Source: Candidatus Bathyarchaeota archaeon (GTDB lineage: Archaea; Thermoproteota; Bathyarchaeia; Bathyarchaeales; Bathycorpusculaceae). Taken from it: DNA of 55,659 nucleotides. Of this stretch, positions 1 to 9,338 are shown in pieces. Location: assembly GCA_963775895.1 (NCBI GenBank), contig CAVZKL010000014.1:1-55659 (forward strand), read 5' to 3'. Each line of letters starts with the position of its first letter. Within the stretch, counting starts at the first letter, position 1. A program made the position numbers and the translations under genes. The notes under the pieces were generated by a model. The model saw only the letters and a list, made by a program, of their open reading frames with translations. It was not told where the DNA came from and searched no databases.

Positions 1-1
1 C

Positions 2-433
2 AAGGCTGTCTCAGGAGAAATAACCGCTATTATCCAGTATACGAATCAGCATGAGAAAATGGCTTTCCTTGAACTCCGTACGAAAAACACACCACTAGAA
101 ACCATCACTGAAACCAACAAAGCCGCCGTAGTAAGCAAAATATTAAAAGAAATCTTTGTGGCAGAAATGGACCACCTAGAAAAAATCAGCGAACGTATTT
201 ACCTGCTTGAAGGCGAAGCAACATACAAACCAGATCCACTACCGGTAGTCGGCGACACAGCCCAGGACTTTTTAACATTGGATCACGCATTGGAAAGCAC
301 CACAATATCACTGTACCGCCAAATCATCGCTGAAGCACTCAAATGCGGCGACACAACAACAAGACGCATGTTCGAAGACATCATAATCCAAGAAGAAAAC
401 CACTTCTGGACATTCGACGACTTCGTAAAATAA
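2..433 (+). CDS. Ferritin/bacterioferritin-like di-iron protein (5' truncated by window edge)
   Basis: Frame is open from base 2 (KAVSGEITAIIQY...); ExxH motifs EMDH and EENH; GDTTTRRMFEDIIIQEENH is typical of the ferritin superfamily. Confidence 0.85.
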   Translation, partial: KAVSGEITAIIQYTNQHEKMAFLELRTKNTPLETITETNKAAVVSKILKEIFVAEMDHLEKISERIYLLEGEATYKPDPLPVVGDTAQDFLTLDHALESTTISLYRQIIAEALKCGDTTTRRMFEDIIIQEENHFWTFDDFVK

Positions 434-461
434 AACAAAAATCCTTTTTTTATATCGAAAA

Positions 462-480
462 TTTTAGGCGCGCGCTAAAA
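462..480. repeat. Near-perfect 19-bp palindrome TTTTAGGCGCGCGCTAAAA after an oligo-T tract (terminator or operator)
   Basis: TTTTAG/CTAAAA arms read directly; T-tract at about 445-451 follows the ferritin stop. Confidence 0.5.
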
Positions 481-850
481 ATCACACTTTTTCAGACAGA
501 AGGTTCAAGAATCAAAGTGTAACTCCGTTTTCCATCAAGAACAGCTTTAACTTCTTCAAGAACAGCGAAGTATCGCGCGCGCTTGATGAACTTAACTATC
601 TTTGTATTCTGTAGTTTCTAAATACGATTTAAACGTGACTCGTATTATTGTCAAACATCAATTTCAAAATGCCTATAAGCTTCTTTCAACATGCCCATAC
701 GGCAGAAGGCATTAAAATTGCCGAAAAAAGAGCGGAAATCATATTAAACTTTCTTGCAGAAGGTTTGCAGTCAAACCTACCGATTTCGATGTTTGAAACA
801 GAACGTATATCAACCTAACTGAACAATGTGAAAGAAAGGTGAGACATTAA

Positions 851-1354
851 ATGGATAAAACTTCAGAGAATCTGAAGAATGCTTTCGCGGGGGAGTCGCA
901 GGCCAACCGACGCTACTTGGCTTTTGCTCAGAAAGCCGACGAAGAAGGACATCCTCAGATAGCCAGACTTTTCAGGGCAGCCGCTGAAGCGGAGACCGTT
1001 CATGCGTTGAATCACGTCAGGACTATGGGAGGCGTCAAAACGACCGCTGAAAATCTCAACGCGGCCGTGAGCGGAGAAACGTTCGAGTTCAAGCAGATGT
1101 ACCCCGACTACATCAAGATGGCAAAACAAGAGAACAACGCTCAAGCAGCATGGAGCTTCAACGTGGCCAACCAGGTTGAACAGATCCATGCAAACCTGTA
1201 CACAAAAGCGATCAACGCTCTGAAAAGTGGCAAGGAGCCTCCAAAAGCAGAATACTACGTCTGCAGCGTGTGCGGAAACACTGTTGAAAACGAAACGCCA
1301 GAAAAATGCCCGATCTGTGGATCGCCGAAATCAAAGTTTTTCAAAGTGGCCTAG
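851..1354 (+). CDS. rbr: Rubrerythrin
   Basis: AFAGESQANRRY, ExxH motifs, C-terminal CxxC...CxxC rubredoxin-like domain; AGGTGA RBS. Confidence 0.95.
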   Translation: MDKTSENLKNAFAGESQANRRYLAFAQKADEEGHPQIARLFRAAAEAETVHALNHVRTMGGVKTTAENLNAAVSGETFEFKQMYPDYIKMAKQENNAQAAWSFNVANQVEQIHANLYTKAINALKSGKEPPKAEYYVCSVCGNTVENETPEKCPICGSPKSKFFKVA

Positions 1355-1375
1355 ACTCTTCCCCACCAACTTTTT

Positions 1376-3503
1376 TTAGCTTTTGCGCTTTCGCTCATCG
1401 AGTTGTTCGAGCATAACATCGGAGTCTGTCGTTGGAAGATTGCACGTACGGTTTTGGCAGACGTAAGCGGTTGCTTTGCCATCCTTGCTGACCAAATCCT
1501 CAGTGAACTTGGCAACGTTCGTTATGTCGTCTTCTCCCTTTCTCGATGATCGGAACAACACCACTTTTCTAGGAATAAACCTTCTCTGCAAAGCCTCCAG
1601 CATTCTTGCAGTATCTTCCCCTTCAGGATCACCGACGATCACCACTTCGCTCGAAGGACCCAGAGCGAAATCTAGGGCAATCATCATCTGCGCATGAGCC
1701 GACGGAAGCGTGGCCACGTCCCTTGAAAATGCACGCATCAACTTTGCAGCTTGGTCTTCAAATGAGCGTTTCACCCGTCAATCGAGCAAGACGGACTAGA
1801 TCAAACGCTGCTGCCGAGTTCCCTGATGGGTAGGCACCGTCATGAGAATCCTTGTTTCTCACCAAAGCAACTTCAGAACTGTTTGCGGTCTGAAAGAAAC
1901 CGCCACGTTCTTCATCCCAGAACTGTTGAAACATCCTTTTCGCGAATTCGACTGCTAACTTTAGGTATTCTGCATCAAAGACGGTTTCGTACAGTTCGAT
2001 CAAACCCCAAACAAGAAAGGCGTAATCGTCCAAGAAACCCGTTATTGCAGCGTTCCCTTCGCGATACCGATGATACAGCCTGCCCTCTTCGTCAAGCATG
2101 CGTCCGATGATGAAGTCTGCGGCCTTCTTCGCCGCGAGAGCGTACTCTGGTTTGTTGAAAACTCGAGCTGATTCTGCGAGGGCGGCGATCATCAGTCCGT
2201 TCCAGTCTGTTAGAATTTTGTCGTCTCTGCTCGGACGAATGCGCTTTGACCTTGCGGCAAGAAGACGCTGGCGAGCCGCGTCTATGACTTTCTCGAGGTC
2301 GGACACTGGAATTTTCAGGTCTTCTGCAGTTTCCGCAAGCGGTTTACTGAGAAAAAGTATGTTCTTTCCGTTCTTCTTGCCGGTCGTGGCTTCTTCATAG
2401 TTGCCGAGTTTTTCAACGTTGAAAACCTTCTGCACGATGTCCGCTTCAGTCTCGGGCAAGAGTTGCCTGATCTGCTCTTCTGTCCACAGGTAATACTTTC
2501 CTTCTTCTCCTTCGCTGTCGGCGTCCTCAGCCGAGTAGAAACCACCTTGTGAGTCGGTCATTTCCTGCAGCACGTACGTGATCACTTCGCAGGCTGTCTG
2601 TTTGTATTCCTCCTTTCTCGTTGCCTGAAACGCCTCGGCGTAAGCCATCAACAGCATCGCTTGGTCGTAGAGCATTTTCTCGAAATGCGGCACTAGCCAT
2701 TTTGAATCCGTGGAGTAACGGTGAAAACCGAAGCCCAAGTGATCGTAGATTCCGCCGAGCCGCATCGATTTCAGTGTCGTCTCAACCATTTCCAAAGCTT
2801 TGGCGTCACCAGTTCTTTTCCAGTATCTCAAGAGAAAAGTCAGGTTCTGCGGCGAAGGAAACTTGGGTGCGCCTCCAAAGCCGCCGTGGCGCGGATCGTA
2901 GTTTTGTGCGAGCTCCAGAAAGGCCTCGTCCAGCGTGTGTTCTCCAAGTTCCTGGGATAACCGGGTTTGTGGAGTCTCTTCTTCTTTCTCGGTCAGAAGG
3001 TTAATGACTTTCTCTGCGGAGTCGAGCAGTTCATTTCTTCTCGAGGCCCAGAGATCACTAACGCGTTTCGTGAGTTGCTTGATGCCAATTTGGCCGTACC
3101 TGTTTTCTTTCGGGATGTAGGTCGCGGCGAAGAAGGGTTTCTTGTCGGGTGTCATGATTACGTGAAGAGGCCAGCCACCGGTGCCTGTCAGCGCTTGGCA
3201 CACTTTCATGTAGGCAGCGTCTAAATCGGGTCTTTCTTCTCGGTCAACCTTGATGCACACAAACGTCTCGTTGAGCAGTTTAGCCACTTCGGGATCCTCG
3301 AAGGATTCTTTTTCCATCACGTGGCACCAGTGGCAAGTCGAATAGCCTATGGACAGAAAGACTGGTTTGTCCTCTTCCTTTGCCTTCTCGAATGCCTCCG
3401 CACTCCATGGGAACCAATCTACGGGATTGAAGGCATGCTGCAGCAGGTAGGGACTCTTCTCGAAGACAAGCCGGTTTGGTCGGGCATCTGAGTCAGAGGA
3501 CAC
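1376..3503 (-). CDS. Thioredoxin-domain protein, YyaL/SSP411 (DUF255 plus alpha/alpha barrel); frameshift near 1760
   Basis: [21 protein letters not shown], [32 protein letters not shown]; C-terminus continues in ORF 1376..1774 ([12 protein letters not shown]). Confidence 0.93.
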
Positions 3504-3579
3504 GGTCGTTAACCTCCTTCATAGGGAAGACAATCCTCGAAAATAAGCCTATGTCTGTTGAAGAGTGGCGCAGGTTTTG

Positions 3580-4065
3580 TTAGATCGTTACGTCTTTGGA
3601 TTTTTTGCCAGTCATGTGGTCAATGTCGATTCTGCCGATTATCGTGTTTTGGAGTCTCTCTGGCTTCAAGTTCGCTATCAGTTTTTCGGGGTTTTTGTCA
3701 AGCTGGTTTATCATGCATTTTATCGCTTGAAGCTTTTCTTCGAAACTGTTGATTATGCTGACTCTTCCCGAAAAGTGGACTGAAGCGTACTTGTGCGTGC
3801 ATTCTCCTTGAACATAACCCCTGTCAATCAGCGCTTGGCCCCAAACGATGTTGTTTGATCGCAGGTATTCGAGTTTTTTGCCCTCATTTGCGCAGTGGAA
3901 AAAGAGACAGTTGCGAGCTTCATCGTATCCGTGGCTGAGCGACACCAAGTACGGTTGGTTGTCCATGGAAAGGGCCACCGTCACGTAGGTGGAGGATTTC
4001 AGTATTTTCTTCAGGGCCGCTGCGTCTGTTATTTCTATGTCTTTGCGTCTGACGTGAAATGACAT
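3580..4065 (-). CDS. Pyridoxamine 5'-phosphate oxidase-like FMN-binding protein (NimA family)
   Basis: RRKDIEI...PYLVSLSHGY...FHCANEGKK...YASV...MTGK. Confidence 0.85.
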   Translation of the reverse strand: MSFHVRRKDIEITDAAALKKILKSSTYVTVALSMDNQPYLVSLSHGYDEARNCLFFHCANEGKKLEYLRSNNIVWGQALIDRGYVQGECTHKYASVHFSGRVSIINSFEEKLQAIKCMINQLDKNPEKLIANLKPERLQNTIIGRIDIDHMTGKKSKDVTI

Positions 4066-4186
4066 AGTGAGAGTGCGTCTTTGCGAATCTATTAACTCTT
4101 GTGCAATGATTTGAGAGTAGCCGCATGATTCACACGTCTACGTGAGTCTCGATAGTCTTTTGGACCGCTGCAGCGTCAAGTTGAGT

Positions 4187-4858
4187 TTACGGTAGGGTTT
4201 CCGTTTTTACGATGTTGAAGACTTCGCAGTACTTTCCTTTTCCGGTCATTGCTCCCCTGTATCTTGCTAGTCCTTCCATCGCCTCGTCGTAGCGAATTTG
4301 CTCTATTTGCGATTTGTGTTCCTTCAGTGCGGCGATTTTTTTATCGATGAATTCGGAGATGTCTTCGACGTAGTTGAACTCGGAGAGTGGTGTCCACACT
4401 TCGTAGGCCAACACTGTGTCAACGCACCATAGGTTTCCTTGGTACTCTTGAAACAGGGGGGCACCGGCTCTTCCGACGGCTTCGTTCACGATTTGAAACG
4501 TCGCTTTGTGGTCTTGGTGAGCGTCTGTTTGATGGTGAACGTACACCAGGTTCGGCTGTTTCAGGCGCACGAGTTCAACCAGCTTCTTCAGGTTGTCCTG
4601 ATTGTATTGCAGGTAGCCATCGGGGTTTCTCAGGAAGGTGATGTCCTGGAAGCCGATGAGTCGTGCAGCGTTTCTCGCTTCGTTTTCTCTTGTTCTGCCA
4701 AGCTCTTCTTTGCTGCGATCTTGACTTGCGGCTTCTCCAGAGGTCATGTAGCAGACGGAAACCTGATTTCCGAGTTTGACGTGTTTTGCCATGCTTCCCC
4801 CGCATCCGATGAGGTCATCGTCTGGGTGTGCAGCGAAAACTAGTACGCGTTTGACCAT
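4187..4858 (-). CDS. PIG-L/LmbE family deacetylase
   Basis: AHPDDD and HxDH metal motifs, TSGEA, KIAALKEHKSQ. Confidence 0.92.
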   Translation of the reverse strand: MVKRVLVFAAHPDDDLIGCGGSMAKHVKLGNQVSVCYMTSGEAASQDRSKEELGRTRENEARNAARLIGFQDITFLRNPDGYLQYNQDNLKKLVELVRLKQPNLVYVHHQTDAHQDHKATFQIVNEAVGRAGAPLFQEYQGNLWCVDTVLAYEVWTPLSEFNYVEDISEFIDKKIAALKEHKSQIEQIRYDEAMEGLARYRGAMTGKGKYCEVFNIVKTETLP

Positions 4859-4991
4859 GGATTTGCGTTGGGACTTGTTTCTTTTAAGTCTTTGTGACGA
4901 TCAACGCACCTCGATTGACGATAGCGCGCGTGAGGTTGTCGGCAGGCTTTTAAACAATGCGGGGCTTACTTTTTCAAACGGTGAAAATGCA

Positions 4992-6098
4992 TTGGTTGAC
5001 AAGAGAATAGAGAAGCTGGCAAAACTCTGCGTTCATTACAGTGTCGACGTGAAACCTAAGGAACTCGTCGTCATTCAGGGCACTGACATGGCTTTTCCGA
5101 TTTTGCACGAGCTCTACAAGGAGTGTCTGTTGAGCGGTGCTTATCCGCAGATGATGCCGAACGTGGACGTTCAGTACACGTTCTTCAAGTACGCTAAGGA
5201 ACATCAGTTGAAGTATGTTTCGCCCATGGAGAAGTTCATGGCTGAAAACATGGATGTGAGCATAGGAATCTTCTGTGACACGAACCCGAAGAGGCTGACG
5301 AACATCGATCCCGCAAAGATCAGAGTGCGGCAGGCGTCAAGGCGGGAACTCGCGGATATCTTGTTCAAAAGGGAAGCCGAAGGAAAGTACAGATGGACGG
5401 GTTTGCCCTATCCCATAGTGGCAGGGGCTCAGGAAGCGTCGATGTCGTTGCAGGAGTACGAAGATTTCGTTTACACCAGCTGTCTCGTGGACAAGAAGGA
5501 CCCGATTGCGGAGTGGACCAAGATCAAGAAGGAGCAGGACAAGCTGTGCAAGTATCTGAATCAGACTGAAAAAATCCACGTGGTGGGCGAAGACACCGAT
5601 TTGACGTTCAGAGTCAAGGGAAGAAAATGGATCAACTGCAGCGGACAGAAGAACATGCCCGACGGAGAGGTTTTCACGGCGCCAATCGAGAACTCGGTGA
5701 ATGGCACGGTGAGATTCACTTTTCCAGGCATTTTCTCGGGCAGAGAAATCGAAGACATAAAACTGACGTTCAAAGCTGGCAAAGTCACGAAGGCGTCGGC
5801 TGCCAAGGGAAACGAATTGTTGCAGCAGCTTCTGAAGATTGAGGGCGCAAACAGGCTCGGAGAAACCGCGATCGGAACCAACTACAACATAACGAAGTTC
5901 ACGAAGAACATGCTCTTCGACGAAAAAATGGGCGGAACCATTCACATGGCTCTTGGATTGAACCCCATTCCAGAGACGGGCGGACTGAACAAATCGGCGT
6001 TGCACTGGGACATTCTGAAGGACATGAAGAAAGACGGAGAAATCTACGCCGACAAAACGCTGTTCTACAAGAACGGAAAATTCCTCAAAACTTCCTAA
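4992..6098 (+). CDS. Aminopeptidase, M29 family (AmpS/AmpT-like)
   Basis: NMPDGEVFTAP, GETAIGTN, LFDEKMGGTIHMALG, SALHWD; start moved to TTG 4992 behind a GGTGA RBS. Confidence 0.93.
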   Translation: MVDKRIEKLAKLCVHYSVDVKPKELVVIQGTDMAFPILHELYKECLLSGAYPQMMPNVDVQYTFFKYAKEHQLKYVSPMEKFMAENMDVSIGIFCDTNPKRLTNIDPAKIRVRQASRRELADILFKREAEGKYRWTGLPYPIVAGAQEASMSLQEYEDFVYTSCLVDKKDPIAEWTKIKKEQDKLCKYLNQTEKIHVVGEDTDLTFRVKGRKWINCSGQKNMPDGEVFTAPIENSVNGTVRFTFPGIFSGREIEDIKLTFKAGKVTKASAAKGNELLQQLLKIEGANRLGETAIGTNYNITKFTKNMLFDEKMGGTIHMALGLNPIPETGGLNKSALHWDILKDMKKDGEIYADKTLFYKNGKFLKTS

Positions 6099-6184
6099 GT
6101 GCTCAACACGGGTAGTCAAATCCGTGTGACGTGAAATCCGAAAAATCCGAGATGCCTTTCACATCTCATCTTTTTCTGTCACGA

Positions 6185-6742
6185 TCAGACAGACGTGAGA
6201 GATCCAGCGTTCGTTCGGCATGCACGTGTGTTCATCGTTGTCTGGGGTTTGAATACTATGCTGTAGAGGTTGAACAGATCTGAATTCTGTGAGAGGCGAT
6301 TCCTCGTGAAAATCGCGGTGTACTCTTTGGTTGCTTCTCTCACCTTCTCTTCATCTTTTCCGTATTTGAGGTGTAATAGCTCGTGTATGAGGGCGGCCCT
6401 TGCTCTGATTCTGACGTAGGATAAGAGCCCGTCTTTTCCAAACTCCCGCCTCAGTCTTGCGCAAAACTTGCGTGTTCTAGGGTAAATCTGGATTGTTCCC
6501 TTGTTGGTGTCGCAGTTGCCGGCGAGTCCGTTTCCGTTCTTTCTCTTGAGAGGAAGAACTCTCACTTGGACGTCTCTTACCATGTGTTCTTGTATGTTTT
6601 CTTTTCTCAGCATCCAAGATAGGAATTTCTGGAATGAGGGTCTCTTCAACGTTTTGAGAACGAAGGACGCGTACTTGGAGTAGAAATCGATGTGCTGCTG
6701 AGAGAATTTCTCGAGTTTTTCAGGGTGAACCGTGATCTTCAT
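6185..6742 (-). CDS. Hypothetical basic protein with HExxH zincin-like motif
   Basis: AALIHELLHLKY preceded by LAGNCDTNKGTIQIY; probable ATG at 6742. Confidence 0.6.
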   Translation of the reverse strand: MKITVHPEKLEKFSQQHIDFYSKYASFVLKTLKRPSFQKFLSWMLRKENIQEHMVRDVQVRVLPLKRKNGNGLAGNCDTNKGTIQIYPRTRKFCARLRREFGKDGLLSYVRIRARAALIHELLHLKYGKDEEKVREATKEYTAIFTRNRLSQNSDLFNLYSIVFKPQTTMNTRACRTNAGSLTSV

Positions 6743-7049
6743 CTTGTCGGAGAGCAAGCTTGTTTCTCGCAGAGCGGTCAACGTTGACTTCACCTTTCAA
6801 TTTGTTCTGTGTCGCGGATCGTCAAGGACGCGGATAGCCTGAACCTGGCGACGCGCACTTCGTCAATATAGATTCTCGGCTTGTCTTATAAAGATGAACC
6901 GCCTCGTTTGTGTTTTGTCTTCCCTTCTGCTTTTTTCCACTTCGCGAAGCGTTCTCACGCGTGCGGCTAACAGCTATAATTGCTTTTGGGAGACGCTATC
7001 TATAAAAGGCGAGTCCTCCATTCCGTACTATCGTGAAGCTTGGAAAAGC

Positions 7050-7382
7050 ATGACCGATGAATCTAACGTTAAGGAACCGATTTCACCTGAAAAGTTGTCG
7101 ATCGACAACACGTCAAACTTTCAGTTTCATGCGGCTTATCTCACTTACTCTGACGTCTTCGACAAGGTTGCTGACCCTGAGGCTAGGAAACAGTTGAACC
7201 AGAACATCGTGGATCTTCAGCAGAACACGATCGACTATCAGACTTTTTATGAAAGAATAAGCAGGTTCAGGGGGGAAGACGTCAGTCAGCGCAGCTTCGG
7301 TAGGGCGTTCATAAAAACACAGAAGAAACGGGAATGGCGTCGAAAGACGCAGAAGCACGAAAGAATCGAGCGGCACAAATAA
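7050..7382 (+). CDS. Hypothetical protein
   Basis: ATG 7050 downstream of a TATA-like TATAAAA; plausible helical protein with a basic C-terminus. Confidence 0.6.
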   Translation: MTDESNVKEPISPEKLSIDNTSNFQFHAAYLTYSDVFDKVADPEARKQLNQNIVDLQQNTIDYQTFYERISRFRGEDVSQRSFGRAFIKTQKKREWRRKTQKHERIERHK

Positions 7383-7488
7383 CAGCTGATACACCTGCGC
7401 TTGGCAACGCTCGTTAAGCGTGTTACCTAGCATGACTGAGCAGGCGTTGCTTGGAGAGTTGCAGGGGATTTTTTTGTTGAGTCAGAAT

Positions 7489-7946
7489 CTATAGGAATCT
7501 GCGTTTCTTCTTTTCGCTTCCGCTTTTTTCTTCTTGGGCGACTGGTTCGGTCGCTACTGTGTCGTCGAAGGCTGAGATCGTGACGTTCTCTTCTTCTGGT
7601 GGTTCGGCTGTTGCTTCGTTCGTTTCTTGTGGGACTTGTTCTGTGGTTCGACGGGTGGATTTGTTTCAGGCATGGTTTCTTGTGGGGGCTCAGGGTTTGC
7701 AGCGGTTTGCGAGACCTGTTTCAGCCTGTTCTCCAGTTCGTTCACTCTGGATTCCAGTTGGGCCACGGATTCGCTTGCGGTCTTGTTGTTGTTCTTGAGT
7801 TCTTCGATGGCGATTTTTTCTTCGAGCACTCTTGTACGTTCTTCTAAGTTCTCTTGCCTTTGTTTCAGAGAACGCGATTCATCTTCGAGTCCTGCTCTTT
7901 TGTTTTTGAGTTGTTCAAGTTCTGGGGATGTGCTCATTTGTATCAT
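7489..7946 (-). CDS. Coiled-coil protein with acidic linker and C-terminal KKKRRFL (frameshift near 7645)
   Basis: Heptad-rich N-half; an alternative frame continues EQVPQETNEATAEPPEEENVTISAFDD...EKKKRRFL to TAG at 7489. Confidence 0.6.
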
Positions 7947-8151
7947 CTGTATCCGAAGATATGACTGAGAAAATAACTAGTTTATGAAAGCAGAATTCAG
8001 ATTCATGATGCATCTACGTTCATCCAAGATTGGGTTGATAGCGCGTGTTGAGGCGTTGAGTAGCGTCTGCTGTCTGTCCTCAAAGAAGTGAACGTTGATG
8101 ATATAAGAGCCGAGAGGCTGGGGTTTGACAAGCCCTTCTCTGTTCTGGGAG

Positions 8152-9184
8152 CTATTCGCGTTTGTTGAAGTAGGCGACGCCTATGGCTATGTCTTTCATG
8201 TTGCAGACGCCGTCGTTGTTGACGTCCGCATTGGGGTTCCAGTTGGGCGAGTCTGGTTTGGTGTTGAACACCGCGACCATGTAGGCTATGTCCTTCATGT
8301 TCACCACTCCGTCGTGGACTCCTGGCGTTGAGCTTGATACGTCGGCGGGGATGCCGACGTGGACAGGATTGCTGAGCACGTAGGTGTTGTCTCCTGGGTT
8401 CACTTCGCCTGGAACCGTGTCGGCAACTGCCGTCAGAGTGTAGTTACCGGTTGCCAGTCCTGTGGCGTTCAAGACGATCGTTATCACTGTTGAATCGCCG
8501 GGGTTCTGCGTGACGCTTGCGATGCCAACGGCGGTGGCGTTGGCGTAGAGTGCGACGTTGTAGGTTTCGGGGAAGCCGCCGTGATCTTCAGCTGTCACCG
8601 TGACGTTGCCTGAGTATCCTTGACCGATGATAGTCTTTAAGGAGACCATTCCTGTTATTGCGACGTCGTGAGCTCCTCCGGCAACTATCACTGTTCCGTT
8701 GATGATGTGTATAGTTGATTGGTTGAGGCGGGATTTTTTCGTCTCCGAGTTTTACGTCGGTGAGCGTCAGACTTGTCGTTCCTCCGCTCATGGCTTTGAA
8801 GGTTAAGAGTGAGTATTGCCCGCCGCCGTTCACCGCGGTCATCCCCAGCAGCGTTGAGTATGCTAGGACTCGTCCGTGTGTGCTGTTGTAGTTGTTTGTG
8901 ATGTTTGCGTTGAAGAATGTTCCACCGCCAGTCTTCAGGAAGGGGCCTTCAACCCCGTTGGAACAGTTTACGATGGATCTCAGATAGAACAGGGTCAGTT
9001 GCCATGACGTGAAGTTGACGATGAAGTATACGGTAACGTTTATGCTGAAAGTTTGTCCGCCGTTCACGTTTGTGGTCTGAGGATCTACTGCAACCGTAGC
9101 TGTGACGGCGGATGCCCTGTAAATTGGGAACGTTAACAGGAATAGGCACAAAAAGAGATATACTATGATGTGCGTTTTTTTCAA
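8152..9184 (-). CDS. Array gene G1: signal peptide - cohesin-like - CARDB/Ig-like - dockerin (class A); frameshift near 8710
   Basis: ORFs 8588..9184 and 8152..8691; GQTFSINVTV...SWQ...EGPFLKTGG; duplicated Ca-loop DGVVNMKDI...DVNNDGVCNMKDI. Confidence 0.85.
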
Positions 9185-9191
9185 TATTCCC

Positions 9192-9261
9192 CTTCTCCCT
9201 CTAATTTGCAGTTAGTTAAATGGGAAAGATGGTATTTAAGAGTTCAGGAATTAACTTCTAT
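9192..9261 (-). promoter_or_regulatory. Array promoter/leader motif, copy P1
   Basis: + strand CTTCTCCCTCTAATTTGCAG...TATTTAAG-AG-TTCAGGAA-TTAAC-TTCTAT. Confidence 0.85.
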
Positions 9262-9338
9262 TACAAACGGACAATCTTGCATGCAAGGTTCACGCCTAAA
9301 AAAGGTAGGATGGAGAATGGGAGTTCTCCGTTGCGTGT

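Noticed and set aside
4776-4991. N-terminal extension of the aminopeptidase in the ORF track
   Set aside because: Overlaps the divergent PIG-L gene and its promoter; the RBS and family start point to TTG 4992
5337-6119. Long antisense ORFs (e.g. 5337..6119, 47981..48679, 32405..32953, 31391..31930, 43898..44449)
   Set aside because: They overlap well-supported genes on the opposite strand and show no recognisable motifs
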